Positions 8,338 to 19,105 of a stretch of 64,000 nucleotides of DNA are shown here, in pieces. Both the position numbers and the translations under genes were made by a program. The stretch lies in assembly GCA_963778115.1 (NCBI GenBank), contig CAVZSV010000004.1, forward strand, positions 1,760,001 through 1,824,000, given 5' to 3'. Each line of letters starts with the position of its first letter. The first letter of the stretch is position 1. Source of the stretch: an uncultured delta proteobacterium. GTDB taxonomy: Bacteria > Bdellovibrionota > FAC87 > UBA2466. The notes beneath the pieces are model-generated. The model saw nothing but the letters and a program-made list of their open reading frames with translations. It was not told the DNA's origin and did no database searches.

Positions 8338-11300
8338 CTAAAGAACTACGCGGACTTTGTGAGTCTTTCCGTCGTCAACCAGGGTAATTTCCGAAGACGG
8401 CAAGAGGGTTCCGTCTACTTCGACCGTTCCGCTATTAGCTGGGATGTCTTGGCGGTCTTGACGATTAGTCACCACAATTAAGTACTGTGAGGATTTATAC
8501 TTATAGTTAATTTCAAATCCCTGCCACAATTTAGGGATACAAGGGGTAATGCGCAGACGATCGGCGCGCAAGGTAAAGCCCAGAATCGATTCCAACGCGG
8601 CTCGATACATCCAACTTGCGGAACCCGTGTACCACGTCCAGCCACCTCGACCGACGTGAGGAAACATTCCGTAAATATCGGCCGCTGCGACGTAAGGTTC
8701 CACTTTGTACTTATGTAATCCGGCCCGTGTTGCGGAATGGTTAATCGGATTGAGTAGAGCATAGAGTTCTCCCGCCCTATCGCCGTCGCCCAAAGCGGCA
8801 AAGGCCATTAACGTCCAAATGGCGGCATGAGTATATTGCCCGCCATTTTCACGAACTCCCGGAACGTATCCTTTGATGTAACCAGGATCGACCGAACCTG
8901 AATCGAAGGGCGGAGTAAAAAGTTTTACCAATCCATCTCCTCGATTGATCAGGTACTCATCAACCGCATCCATGGCCTGGACAGCCCTCTGCGGATTCGC
9001 AGCCCCCGATAGGACAGCCCACGATTGCGCTATGGAGTCGATTCGACATTCGCTATTGGAAGAAGAGCCTAAAGGGGTCCCGTCATCAAAGTAAGCACGG
9101 CGATACCAGTCCCCATCCCACGCATTCTCTTCAATGGCCTTTTTGAGCGTCGTCATATGATCGCGATAAGTTTCGATACGATTCGAATCGGTTTTGTCGG
9201 ATAACAGAGGTATAAACTCTTTCATGGTCGCATAGAGAAACCAGCCTACCCAAACGCTTTCGCCTTTGCCTCCGGCGCCGACTCGATTCATTCCGTCATT
9301 CCAGTCGCCAGTTCCCATCAAGGGCAATCCGTGAGTTCCGGTCTTAAGGCTTCTGTCCAACGTTCTGGCGCAATGATCTATTAGAGTGGCGGTTTGTTTA
9401 GAGAGTGTGGGTTCACGATAATCGCTGTCTTGTGAAGGATCGACCGGCGGTGCTTCGATAAATGGAATTATCTCTGACAGAATGGAACGATCTCCGGTAA
9501 CGTTCACGTAGAAGCTCGTTACAAAGGGAAGCCAGATGAGATCGTCAGAAAAATGGGTTCTGACTCCCCTACCCGTCGGAGGATGCCACCAATGCTGCAC
9601 ATCGCCTTCGACAAACTGGCGGCCCGCCGATCGTAAGATCTGTGCTCGCGCGATCTCAGGCCTGGTGTAGACCATCGCCATCACGTCCTGAAGCTGATCT
9701 CGAAATCCGTAAGCACCGCCCGACTGATAGAATGCGGAACGGGCCCAAATTCGACAAGAGAGCGTTTGATAGAGCAACCAACGATTCACGAGCAAATTCA
9801 TCGCTGCATCTGGAGTTTTAATTTCAATCGTTCCCAAGATCTTTTCCCAGCTAGCCAATACCTGTTTAAAGGAGGTGAGGACATTTTCTATTCGGCCGAA
9901 TCGACGAGTCAGTGCTCTGGCCTCTTCCACTTCCACGGTCTGTCCCAGCAGGAGGATGACTTCACGTTCCTCACCGGGGGCGAGTTCCAGCTTGCTCTGC
10001 AAAACTGCGCAGGGGTCAAGGCCGGCGCCGGCGAGTCCGGAAAGCTTTTCCCTTCCTAAGCCAGCGGGTTTTGCGGCCGATCCGTTGCGTCCCAAAAAGG
10101 CTTTGCGATCGCAAGTGAAACTATCGATCTCAGTGCTCAAATAGGTAAAAGCCACGCGCTGTTTGAACTCATTATTATAGGGATTACGTGCATAGAGCAT
10201 CCCGGTATCCGGGTCTTGAGTGGTAATCACATGGGGAGCTGAGATGGGTCGATGAACCCCCAGCACCCATTCCACGTAATAAGTGACCGACACTTTGCGA
10301 GTGACGTCGCTGGTGTTCTTGATCCGAAGGTAGCTAACTTTCACGGGGGCATCAGTTGGAACGAACATCTGCAATTCTGTCGATATTCCGTGGCTCGCGT
10401 GCTCAAATTGGGTGTATCCCTGTCCGTGGGTGATGACGTAAGCCTCCTTTTCCCGAATGGGGAGGGGGGTTGGGCTCCACACCTCTGCGGTCTCTTCGTC
10501 GCGCAGATAGAGGGCCTCACCGACAGGATCGCTAACTCCATCGTTCGACCATGGAGTAAGGCGATTTTCTCGACTATTTACTGACCATACGTAACCCGAG
10601 CCCGACTCCGAAATGATAAAGCCAAAATCGCGTTCGTTCGCAATGACATTTATCCAAGGGGCAGGTGTCCATTGCCCGTCTTTTAAGACAGTCACATAGT
10701 GTCGGCCCCCTTTGGTAAATCCCCCCAGGCCGTTGAAAAACTCTAAAGGAGGGATACGAGTTGTCTGTTCCGCCGTCCTTCGCTTCGTCTTAGAGGGAAC
10801 TAACAACTCCGGGAGTTCGTCTTCGGCCGGCCGACGTTTGAGCTGTTCTTCAAGCGTCCCTTTTTCAGAATCAAGATCGACGCGGGCGACTGTCCTTAGC
10901 AAAGTGATATCTTCTTTGGGCATGAGATCCGATCGGCGGACAAAAACCCCTCCGGGCTTGTCTAGAAGTAGATAAGATCCACTCATGCGAATCTGCTTTT
11001 GTAATTCGTCTTGCAATTGCTGCAAATAGCTCGAAGAATGTTCGTTGAGCAGCACCAGATCGATCGCAAGTCCTTTCAGACGCAAATATTCATGCGCATG
11101 AAGAAGCTCGCGAACCATCTTCATGTCCTTTTCCTCACTAATCCGAACGACGATAATGGGAAGATCTCCGCTAATACCGTAAGCCCATAGCCCCGATTGA
11201 GTTTTGGTATTGGCGGAGAGAACATGAGATCGCGGACGCAATGAAGAATCGCAGTAAATAACTCGACCCGCCAACCGCTGAAAGGTGTGGGCCTCTTTGC

Positions 11301-14300
11301 TTCCTATATTGAGATGCCGGAGTTGAACACGAGACTTAGTCCATGCCAATTCCGCTTCCCGAGTGAAAATGTGAATGTCGTGATACTTTTCGGCAAGCTT
11401 TAGCGCATCATCGCGCGTTCGAGCAACACCTGTGGCATATACCAAACGCACAGTCTCTTTAGGAGGGATGCGCACCGTAAGCCTTAGCGAAAAAATTGGA
11501 TCCAAGACCGGTCCTACCGTGTCGGACAACGGTCGTCCTTCGGTTATTGCAAAAGCATCAGCAGGAGTTCTTCCTCTGCCCAAAAATCGGGATCGGTCGG
11601 TTTCGTATTGAACTGAACCGATGGCCTCACCTTCGGTGACCAAACCATGAAAACCCCAAATGGGCTGTTCTGTTTCGGAGCGTCGGCGCCGGGTCGCGAG
11701 TAATGCGCATTCTGCGGGTGAATATTCCGTCTGGACGAAGAGGTTGCTGAATGCGGGATGGGCGACGTCGTCCTCGGGCTTAGCCAAAACGACTTCCATA
11801 AAACTGGTAATTTCAAAATCCCTGGTTTCCGTAAAATTATTGGTGAGTGAGATACGCCGGAGTTCGACGTCGTCTTCTTGAGAAACGATAATCTCCGTGT
11901 GCGTCGACGTCATCCCATCCCGACGCCAGAACTCGACTTTGTCTTCCGCAAAAGTGGCTTCATATTTCTTGGGCAAGAACCCCGTCGGCTGATAGCCAGT
12001 TGACCAGATGCGGCCCGTGGCACGATTTCGAATGTAGAAAAATTGCCCCCAATGATCCCGAGTCACATCTTCTCGCCAGCGATTTACCGCAAAAGGACCG
12101 GAACGGGAATAGCCGGACCCGGCAGTGGTAACCATTACGGAGTAATTTCCATTCGAAAGCAATTCCGTTCGCGGAGTGGGAAGATCCACATGAAAGAAAG
12201 TTCTAGGTTTCCAATCGGAAGATAAACGGTTTCCGTGAAAATGAACCTCTTCGGCCCTGGGTCTAGAGAGATAAACGGTGAGCGGAGTGCGCTCTTGTAA
12301 CAATAGCTGAGTGGCCTGCACAAGCGGGTCATTATGGAAACGCCTTTGCATAATGTGACCGTTCAACAAATTATTAAGAGATACGAGACTCATCCCCTGA
12401 TGATGAGACATGAAGGACCGTAAGATGAAACTTTTCTGGTTCTTTTGCAATCTCTCGGGTGTGTAATCGATAGACTCAAAAAAGCCGTACCGAGAGAGAG
12501 CCCCTTTTTCTTCAAGACTTCGTAAATTAGAAAGAGCTGCCAGAGGGTCGATAACGGAGGCCAGCATGGTCGAATAGGGAGAGACGACGAGGTCATCACT
12601 CAGGCCTCGCTTTAGTCCCAGACCGGGAACTCCGAAAGGGCCGTATTGATAGATCAGATGAAGGTCTCGCGCGTTGTAACCCGCTTCCGAGATTCCCCAA
12701 GGAACTCCTCGATCGGCGCCATACTCGATCTGCCTTGCCACGACCGATAGGTAGGTCTGATCCAAAAGAGTCTCTGAGTACCTCCGCATCACGAGCAGCG
12801 GCATCAAGTATTCGAACATAGTAGCGGTCCAGGAGATAAGGGCTCGGCTGCCTTTAACGGCCGTCATTTGCCGACCCAGACGGAACCAGTGTTCTTGGGG
12901 AACGTCCCCTTTTGCGATGGCCACGAAACTGGCCAAACGCGATTCCGACGCCAGTAGATCATAGTAGGAGTTATCTTTTCTTCCGTCCGCGACGTTATAA
13001 CCGATGACAAATATTTTTCGCTGTTCGTCGAATAGGAATTTAAAATCCATCCCCATGGCAATTTCGTCACACTTTTCGACGAGAGCAAGCTGCCGCTGCC
13101 GGAAATCCGTTGCATTCTTTTCGGCATCGGGGGCCCAAGGGGCCAAGACCGAAAGATCACGCTGAAATTGTTCGCTCTGGTGAAGTGCTGCCGTTAGCCA
13201 TACCCTTGTGTCACGAAAGACATCCGCCGAAGTCTCGGTGACTAGCGCACTTAGGATGTCCTCGGCTTCCGCAAGCATTCCTTTTAAAGAAGACAAAAAA
13301 CCGTCAAAGCCGCCCAACGAATCCCATTGGTAGACTTCGACAAATTCCAGGATCGATCGGGTGGCATCCTGGAATTGTTTTACGGTAACGACGCCAAGGT
13401 TTAGACCCAGCGTCGGAGAAACGCGCGCGACCCGGTCTGCCTCGAGTTTAAGTAAGGACAGCGTATCAATGAGCCCCTGCTTTGCTCTTGAATTGGTCGG
13501 TAACGAATTACCCAGATCGAGAAGGCAATGCTTCATAGCGAGTAAATGGCCGGCCAAATTTCCACTATCGACAGTAGAAATGTATTGGGGACGCAACGGT
13601 TCTAGCGTCTGCGTGTCGTACCAATTGAAAAAATGGCCGTGCATCCGCTCTAGCTTTTCCAGAGTCTTAAACGTTCGCTCCGAGCGCTCAAGCAATTCCA
13701 ATAAGCCTATATAACCCAGATCATAAGCCGAGCCCATGGAGAGCAGTTGCAGACCGATATTGGTGGGCGAAGTGCGGTGAGCCACCACCGGGCGCGGCTC
13801 TTCTTGAAAGTTATCCGGGGCGAGATAGTTTTCCTCTTTCGTCACGAAGGTCTCGAAGAAAAGCCACGTTCGCCGAGCGTAAAGCCGGTAGGTGGCCACT
13901 TCCGAAGCGACCAAGGGTCGTTCACGCTTTCTGGCCTTTTGTTTGATCCAGCTCTTGAGAAAAGGATTAGCGATCCATGCGATGAGAAAAGGAGATGCCA
14001 CAAGAAACGCTTCGGGGCGGCGTAAGGCGATGAGAATAGCAAAAGTAATTCCGATAACGGGACCCGGCCCTATCGTATAGCGCAGTGACACATTAGTATT
14101 CTTTGGCTGAACCCGATTTCCCTGTGCTTCGGCAAAACTCACCCACTCCAGCATCTTCTTTCGAGAAATAAACATCCGGTACAGAGCTCGGCCGATCGCA
14201 TCACTCTGGTTCCATGCCTGCTCCGCAAGAAAGGCCAGCATGAGGAAAACCTGCTGGGTCTGTGTGGTCGTCTGCTCCCAGCTTCGGCTGACGTGCCCTC

Positions 14301-16956
14301 TCCAAGTCACGCCTTGTCGATGATGGAAAAGATTGTTCGTGACCGTGGCGTAAATAGGGAAAACAAAGAGAATCACAATCATCAATGTCCAGATGAGAGA
14401 AGAGCCCGGCAGAAAAGTCCATGCTAGAAAAAGCCAGAGGATGACGGTGGTGGGCACCATGCTTCGGCGCAAGTTGTCCCAAATTTTCCATCGGGAGATA
14501 ATTGAAAAGGGATTGGGAACCCAATCTCCTTTCGCGTTGGGAACTCGGGGTAAGAGCCACGGCGAGATCTGCCAGTCGCCACGAATCCAGCGGTGCTGCC
14601 GCTTGGAGTAAGTCTCGTAATCGAGCGGGTAGTCATCAAAGAGCTCTACGTCGGACACGAGGGCCGAGCGAGCAAAGCAGCCCTCAAAAAGATCATGGCT
14701 CAGAAGAGTATTTTGGGGAACTCTTCCTTCGAGCGACTCTTCGAAAGCATCCACGACATAAAGCCCTTTTCCGGTGTAGCTTCCCTCGCCAAAAAGGTCC
14801 TGGTACACATCGGAACAGGCGGTAGTATAGGGGTCTAGCCCCGTACTTCCCGAGAACAGACGCGCAAAGCGGCTGCGATTGGCGCTCACCAAAGCGACGC
14901 TGATACGAGGCTGCAATATCCCGTAACCCGAAGTGACCCTGCCTTTTTTACTATCGAACGAGGGGCGGTTTAGCGGGTGTAAAATAGTTCCGATTAACTT
15001 GTGTGCCGATCCTCTGGGCAGCTGCGTGTCGGAATCCAAAGTAATGACATAACGAATCTTGGATAAGAAGTGGGGATCGGCCGTAGGCTCGAGATAAGTC
15101 GTATCGGTAGCTCCCCTAATGAGGCGGTTAAATTCTTGAAGCTTTCCCCGCTTCCTCTCGACGCCCATCCATTTGCCTTCGGAGGGATTAAATTCCCGGC
15201 GCCGATGAAAAAGATAGAATCTTGGATGAGCCTCGTCCCCATACTCTTCGTTTAATTCGTCGATGCCTTTGCGCGCGATTTGCAATAGGGCCACATCTCC
15301 CGGCATCTCCTCTTGATCGCTATCGGAGAAGTCCCCTAGAAGCGCGAAATAGATATTGGGATCCTGGTTTGCCAGAAAATGGACTTGGATTTTTTCAATT
15401 AGATCGCGAACGACACTCTCCTTTGTCAGTAGTGTGGGAATCACCACCATGGTCGTAGCGTCTTGAGGAATCCCCTTTTCCGTATCCAATTTGGGCAACG
15501 GCTTGGGCTTTATTAATATGTCGATATTATGATTGAGGATGCTTAAAGCAAATTCGCTGGCGGGTACCAGTGCGAGCAGGCAGAAAAACAGTCCGGCATA
15601 GACATGCCCCTCGGCAATAGTGAAGTATTCAAACGTGGGGACCAAAAAGCAAAGAGTAAGAGTTACCAGGGACCCTAAATAAATAGAGGTCGGGTGTTGC
15701 AATAGCCAGCGGTGAAGACGATCTCTAAGCCTGGGACGATAAGAGATGCTCTTAGCGAATTCAAATCGTCCCTCGCCGATCAAGTAATAACCCACGTGAG
15801 ATCGCCTCAGGTTACCGGGCTCCCGACTTAGAGCCGCTTGGGCCGTCTCCACCACTTTCTCTACGACTTCAACCTCACTGAGTTTGGACCGTTTCGCTAA
15901 CCGCTCCACGACATGCCGGTAACGATCTCGCGTACCGAAATCCATTTTGGAATAAGCTCCCGCAGGATCCTTATTCAAAACAGGGTCGACCAAGCTGACA
16001 CTCTCTACAAACTCTCGCCAGTCGAGAGCCGATAGAAGCCGCATGCTCGAAATAATGTTCCCCACCGTCACTTGAGTGGTGGCCTGTCGGTGATGCTCCA
16101 GCTGAGTCACTTGTTGAGTTGTGGTCTTATGATGGATCTCTAGTTGCTGCTCCAGCCAGTCAAAGGCCGGCATCACGTCAGGGTCCTGATCGCGTAGTCT
16201 TTGGGTGAGTTGAACGACAAACGCCCTATCGAATTCTGTCGCGTCCCCCACCTTAGACCGCAGCAGTTTTAGCAGGCTATCGGGCTTCACATCCGAACGC
16301 ACTGCCAGTTTCAACAGAGTATCTGCTAAAGCGTCGGCCTCGGCCCGCTTCTCTCGGGCACTAACGATACTTAAAGCGAGCGGCTTTAAATGCTCCACCA
16401 GGGCTATGCGAAGGGTGATGGCGATAGCCCAAAGTTCTCCGATGGAAAGCGGCGCATTGACCTGAAAGGAACGAACGAATCGCTTTAGCGTTTCCGCGTC
16501 CAAACGGCTGTCGGTATGGGCGATAATCGCAAGAGCGATAGCATAAACGCGAGGGTAACCCGCAAGTTCACCGGAAGCCAATTTAGGGAGCTCGTCGTAG
16601 TAATCCCTCGGCAAATCCTGCTTAATCTCACGCAGTTGATCTTCAACGATGTGAAAATTATCAACAAACCACTCGGCTGCCGGAGAAACCATCTGCTTTC
16701 CACGGATGGCCTCGGTTAAACGTTGATAGGCCGAAACGAGTTGCCGCCCATTTTCCTTTAATTCCGGCAGAATAAAGCGCCCTCGTTTGGGAGTACGGGT
16801 GACACTGAGCTCTCGAGCCAAATACGACGCATATTGCTCCAGACGCTCGACACTGAAAAACTCTTCTCGGACCGAGTCTTCCCTGAGTAAGTCCGTGGAA
16901 CGCCTTAATATTTGTAAGAAATCGGCGTAATTGGGGTAGTGCTCTGCGATGGCCAT
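8338..16956 (-). CDS. ndvB: Cyclic beta-1,2-glucan synthase (GT84 + GH94 domains)
   Basis: 2872 aa. Motifs: PAAEWFVDNF, ERKRGKL, TLDSDTQLP, LLSHDLFEG, RQHRWIRGDWQ, a TM cluster, YDLLASESRL, PWGISE, YQSGGAYGFRDQLQD, GDWNDGMN, RENGGQYTHAA, GGWTWYTGSA. Confidence 0.96.
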   Translation of the reverse strand: MAIAEHYPNYADFLQILRRSTDLLREDSVREEFFSVERLEQYASYLARELSVTRTPKRGRFILPELKENGRQLVSAYQRLTEAIRGKQMVSPAAEWFVDNFHIVEDQLREIKQDLPRDYYDELPKLASGELAGYPRVYAIALAIIAHTDSRLDAETLKRFVRSFQVNAPLSIGELWAIAITLRIALVEHLKPLALSIVSAREKRAEADALADTLLKLAVRSDVKPDSLLKLLRSKVGDATEFDRAFVVQLTQRLRDQDPDVMPAFDWLEQQLEIHHKTTTQQVTQLEHHRQATTQVTVGNIISSMRLLSALDWREFVESVSLVDPVLNKDPAGAYSKMDFGTRDRYRHVVERLAKRSKLSEVEVVEKVVETAQAALSREPGNLRRSHVGYYLIGEGRFEFAKSISYRPRLRDRLHRWLLQHPTSIYLGSLVTLTLCFLVPTFEYFTIAEGHVYAGLFFCLLALVPASEFALSILNHNIDILIKPKPLPKLDTEKGIPQDATTMVVIPTLLTKESVVRDLIEKIQVHFLANQDPNIYFALLGDFSDSDQEEMPGDVALLQIARKGIDELNEEYGDEAHPRFYLFHRRREFNPSEGKWMGVERKRGKLQEFNRLIRGATDTTYLEPTADPHFLSKIRYVITLDSDTQLPRGSAHKLIGTILHPLNRPSFDSKKGRVTSGYGILQPRISVALVSANRSRFARLFSGSTGLDPYTTACSDVYQDLFGEGSYTGKGLYVVDAFEESLEGRVPQNTLLSHDLFEGCFARSALVSDVELFDDYPLDYETYSKRQHRWIRGDWQISPWLLPRVPNAKGDWVPNPFSIISRWKIWDNLRRSMVPTTVILWLFLAWTFLPGSSLIWTLMIVILFVFPIYATVTNNLFHHRQGVTWRGHVSRSWEQTTTQTQQVFLMLAFLAEQAWNQSDAIGRALYRMFISRKKMLEWVSFAEAQGNRVQPKNTNVSLRYTIGPGPVIGITFAILIALRRPEAFLVASPFLIAWIANPFLKSWIKQKARKRERPLVASEVATYRLYARRTWLFFETFVTKEENYLAPDNFQEEPRPVVAHRTSPTNIGLQLLSMGSAYDLGYIGLLELLERSERTFKTLEKLERMHGHFFNWYDTQTLEPLRPQYISTVDSGNLAGHLLAMKHCLLDLGNSLPTNSRAKQGLIDTLSLLKLEADRVARVSPTLGLNLGVVTVKQFQDATRSILEFVEVYQWDSLGGFDGFLSSLKGMLAEAEDILSALVTETSADVFRDTRVWLTAALHQSEQFQRDLSVLAPWAPDAEKNATDFRQRQLALVEKCDEIAMGMDFKFLFDEQRKIFVIGYNVADGRKDNSYYDLLASESRLASFVAIAKGDVPQEHWFRLGRQMTAVKGSRALISWTATMFEYLMPLLVMRRYSETLLDQTYLSVVARQIEYGADRGVPWGISEAGYNARDLHLIYQYGPFGVPGLGLKRGLSDDLVVSPYSTMLASVIDPLAALSNLRSLEEKGALSRYGFFESIDYTPERLQKNQKSFILRSFMSHHQGMSLVSLNNLLNGHIMQRRFHNDPLVQATQLLLQERTPLTVYLSRPRAEEVHFHGNRLSSDWKPRTFFHVDLPTPRTELLSNGNYSVMVTTAGSGYSRSGPFAVNRWREDVTRDHWGQFFYIRNRATGRIWSTGYQPTGFLPKKYEATFAEDKVEFWRRDGMTSTHTEIIVSQEDDVELRRISLTNNFTETRDFEITSFMEVVLAKPEDDVAHPAFSNLFVQTEYSPAECALLATRRRRSETEQPIWGFHGLVTEGEAIGSVQYETDRSRFLGRGRTPADAFAITEGRPLSDTVGPVLDPIFSLRLTVRIPPKETVRLVYATGVARTRDDALKLAEKYHDIHIFTREAELAWTKSRVQLRHLNIGSKEAHTFQRLAGRVIYCDSSLRPRSHVLSANTKTQSGLWAYGISGDLPIIVVRISEEKDMKMVRELLHAHEYLRLKGLAIDLVLLNEHSSSYLQQLQDELQKQIRMSGSYLLLDKPGGVFVRRSDLMPKEDITLLRTVARVDLDSEKGTLEEQLKRRPAEDELPELLVPSKTKRRTAEQTTRIPPLEFFNGLGGFTKGGRHYVTVLKDGQWTPAPWINVIANERDFGFIISESGSGYVWSVNSRENRLTPWSNDGVSDPVGEALYLRDEETAEVWSPTPLPIREKEAYVITHGQGYTQFEHASHGISTELQMFVPTDAPVKVSYLRIKNTSDVTRKVSVTYYVEWVLGVHRPISAPHVITTQDPDTGMLYARNPYNNEFKQRVAFTYLSTEIDSFTCDRKAFLGRNGSAAKPAGLGREKLSGLAGAGLDPCAVLQSKLELAPGEEREVILLLGQTVEVEEARALTRRFGRIENVLTSFKQVLASWEKILGTIEIKTPDAAMNLLVNRWLLYQTLSCRIWARSAFYQSGGAYGFRDQLQDVMAMVYTRPEIARAQILRSAGRQFVEGDVQHWWHPPTGRGVRTHFSDDLIWLPFVTSFYVNVTGDRSILSEIIPFIEAPPVDPSQDSDYREPTLSKQTATLIDHCARTLDRSLKTGTHGLPLMGTGDWNDGMNRVGAGGKGESVWVGWFLYATMKEFIPLLSDKTDSNRIETYRDHMTTLKKAIEENAWDGDWYRRAYFDDGTPLGSSSNSECRIDSIAQSWAVLSGAANPQRAVQAMDAVDEYLINRGDGLVKLFTPPFDSGSVDPGYIKGYVPGVRENGGQYTHAAIWTLMAFAALGDGDRAGELYALLNPINHSATRAGLHKYKVEPYVAAADIYGMFPHVGRGGWTWYTGSASWMYRAALESILGFTLRADRLRITPCIPKLWQGFEINYKYKSSQYLIVVTNRQDRQDIPANSGTVEVDGTLLPSSEITLVDDGKTHKVRVVL

Positions 16957-17098
16957 TCAGGGCGTAATCTAAAGCCCAACCTCATTAGATACTAGGTAAA
17001 AATTTCTCATCCGCCGTTTCCTCGTCTCTTTCACTTGGCTAACTCGACTGAAACGTCGTAGTACCAGCTGGGTTTGAGCGAAAAATAGGAGGCTGCTC

Positions 17099-17894
17099 AT
17101 GTTCGAACTAACCTCGGAACCGGTCATTATAAGTTGTGCAATAACGGGAAATAAGACGACTAGGGCCATGAATCCTAACTTACCGCTGACCCCGCTCGAA
17201 CAGGGAATCGCCGCCGCTGAGTCGGGCGAGGTCGGTTCCGCGAAGCGGTCTATGAAATTTAAAAACGAGCCCCTCAGGCAATCATAGAAGTCTCTACCCG
17301 AGGAGCTATCGAGGAAAATCGTGATATCGAACGAAGAGGCAATTGCCTCGAGCTTCGGACCGAGAGGTGCTCGCTCAATATCGGCTCGCTCAATATCGGC
17401 GATGAAGTCTTTGTAAACGAACCTCAGGATGTCATCCCGCTCACCAAGAAAATCTACGAATATGGGGCAGAGCCCGAAGTCGACGTATTCGATGTCGGAA
17501 TGCGGGAGAGTGCGCTTTATTTCAAGCAGAAGGGATTCATTCAAGGACCACTTAGAGTCCTGTTGGTCTTGGGACTATCGGGCGGAGCCACTGCCCCGGG
17601 TACTTGAATCTGATTCACATGGTCACCTTAATCCCTCCGGGGACTCACTGGACGGCGTTAGGAATCGGCCGCTTTCAACTTTCCATCGCCACCTATGCCA
17701 TCTTGATGGGTGGACATGCGCAAGGGGGACTAGAAGATACGGCCTACTACCGCAAAGCAGAGATCGCAAAATCGAACGCTCAGCTGGTGGAAAGAGTTGC
17801 TCGACTCTCCCGAGAATTAGGCAGAGGGCTCGCCACTCCCGATCAAGCTAGAAAGATGCTGGGATTAAATGCCAAGAAAACCGGATGGCTGTGA
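17099..17894 (+). pseudogene. kce: Degraded beta-keto acid cleavage enzyme (BKACE / 3-keto-5-aminohexanoate cleavage, Kce family)
   Basis: Three frames. (1) PVIISCAITG..NPNLPLTP.EQ from 17099. (2) RFREAVYEI*KRAPQAIIEVST...SLNIGSLNIG..VF.N...PEVDVFDVG...VLG..GG, with a stop at 17260-62. (3) WTALGIGR.Q...GGH...GLED...SNAQLVER...ATP..AR..LGL. The HxH metal motif is deleted. Confidence 0.88.
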
Positions 17895-17966
17895 AATCTA
17901 AGGGCATCCTCGTTCGACGGAATCGCTTCGTCGAGTCGCTTCTGCTGCTCGCAATGACCAAAAAGT

Positions 17967-18989
17967 CTACCCCTCTATATTTAGCTCTTTCATCCTGCGA
18001 ATATTGTAATAGATGGGATTAGTAAGAGCGTCTGAGATAAGACCGTCCTTCCAAGCACTAGCGATCGACTCGATCGCGTCTTGGATGGTGTACTCCGGTG
18101 TGAAAGCGACTTCGCGAGCCACTTTGTCGGAGTTCACTCGATAGGAGCGGTGATCATTCGTTGGCTCGACGACTATTTGGACGGCGGGATCGTTCACGAC
18201 CGTCTTTGCCATTTGAGCGATATCCGCGACGGAGCGGTTTTCAAAACCAACATTAAAGATCTTTTGGTGGATTTGCTCTTTGGGAACTTCGAGGAACGTC
18301 GCGTACGCGCGTATCATGTCTTTGATGTTGAGATTCGGACGTAGTTGATCTCCTCCGTGCACGGTTATTTTCTTTTTCGCCAAAGCGCTTATGGTAAGAA
18401 TGTTTACAGTGAGATCCAACCGTAAACGTGGAGCGTATCCGCAAACGGTCGCAGGGCGAATAATCGACCATTCCGTCGCCCCCATATTGGCTTTCTTGAG
18501 ATCTTCTTCGCACATTAACTTAAATTTCGAGTAATCCGTTAGCGGTTCGCAAGAGGCGGCTTCCGTCACTTGAGGAATATCTTTGACTCCATAAACACTC
18601 GAGCTAGAGGCATAGATAAAACGCTTTACGCCGCAATCTCTCACTGTGGTTATCAAATCAGCAAAGCAGTCGTAATTGATCGACTTTCCTAAATGCGGCA
18701 ATAGATCGAAACTAGGATCGTTGGAGACGCAGGCCAAGTGAATGACCGCATCCTGTCCCGCAAAAGCTTTTTTGAGATCGGCGGGATTTCGAATATCACC
18801 CTTCACCTTGTGAAGCTGGGATCGATCCTTCAACTGCGGATAGACGTCATCACCGTACCAGAAGGTATCTAGTACCGTGACTTCGTAACCGCGTCCGATC
18901 AAAAAAGGAACGAGCATACTGCCGACATAACCACCGCCACCGGTAATAGCCACTTTCGGAAATTTGATATTAGCCAAGGCTCGCTCCAT
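17967..18989 (-). CDS. NAD-dependent nucleotide-sugar epimerase/dehydratase (extended SDR)
   Basis: TGGGGYVG, HLACVSNDP, ASSSSVYG, YSKFK, RPATVCG and R.DL.VN motifs. Confidence 0.92.
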   Translation of the reverse strand: MERALANIKFPKVAITGGGGYVGSMLVPFLIGRGYEVTVLDTFWYGDDVYPQLKDRSQLHKVKGDIRNPADLKKAFAGQDAVIHLACVSNDPSFDLLPHLGKSINYDCFADLITTVRDCGVKRFIYASSSSVYGVKDIPQVTEAASCEPLTDYSKFKLMCEEDLKKANMGATEWSIIRPATVCGYAPRLRLDLTVNILTISALAKKKITVHGGDQLRPNLNIKDMIRAYATFLEVPKEQIHQKIFNVGFENRSVADIAQMAKTVVNDPAVQIVVEPTNDHRSYRVNSDKVAREVAFTPEYTIQDAIESIASAWKDGLISDALTNPIYYNIRRMKELNIEG

Positions 18990-19105
18990 TCAAGAGTAAG
19001 GGTTGAGGGGTTGAGGAATTGCGTGTCTAAATTCCTGTTTTCCTTAGTGTAACTGGAAACTTCTCAGCTTGACAATCCCCATACGCCGCTATTTTCTGGG
19101 TCGGC

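Noticed and set aside
8478..16719. Numerous short ORFs inside ndvB (and inside the S8 gene)
   Set aside because: Shadow ORFs of long genes, with no independent motifs.
17371..17400. Perfect 15-bp tandem repeat TCGCTCAATATCGGC x2
   Set aside because: It encodes SLNIGSLNIG, matching the normal BKACE SLNxGSxNxG motif, so it is not an insertion or target-site duplication.
16969..17544. 191-aa minus-strand ORF upstream of ndvB
   Set aside because: Antisense to the kce pseudogene; its ADIERADIER repeat mirrors SLNIGSLNIG.
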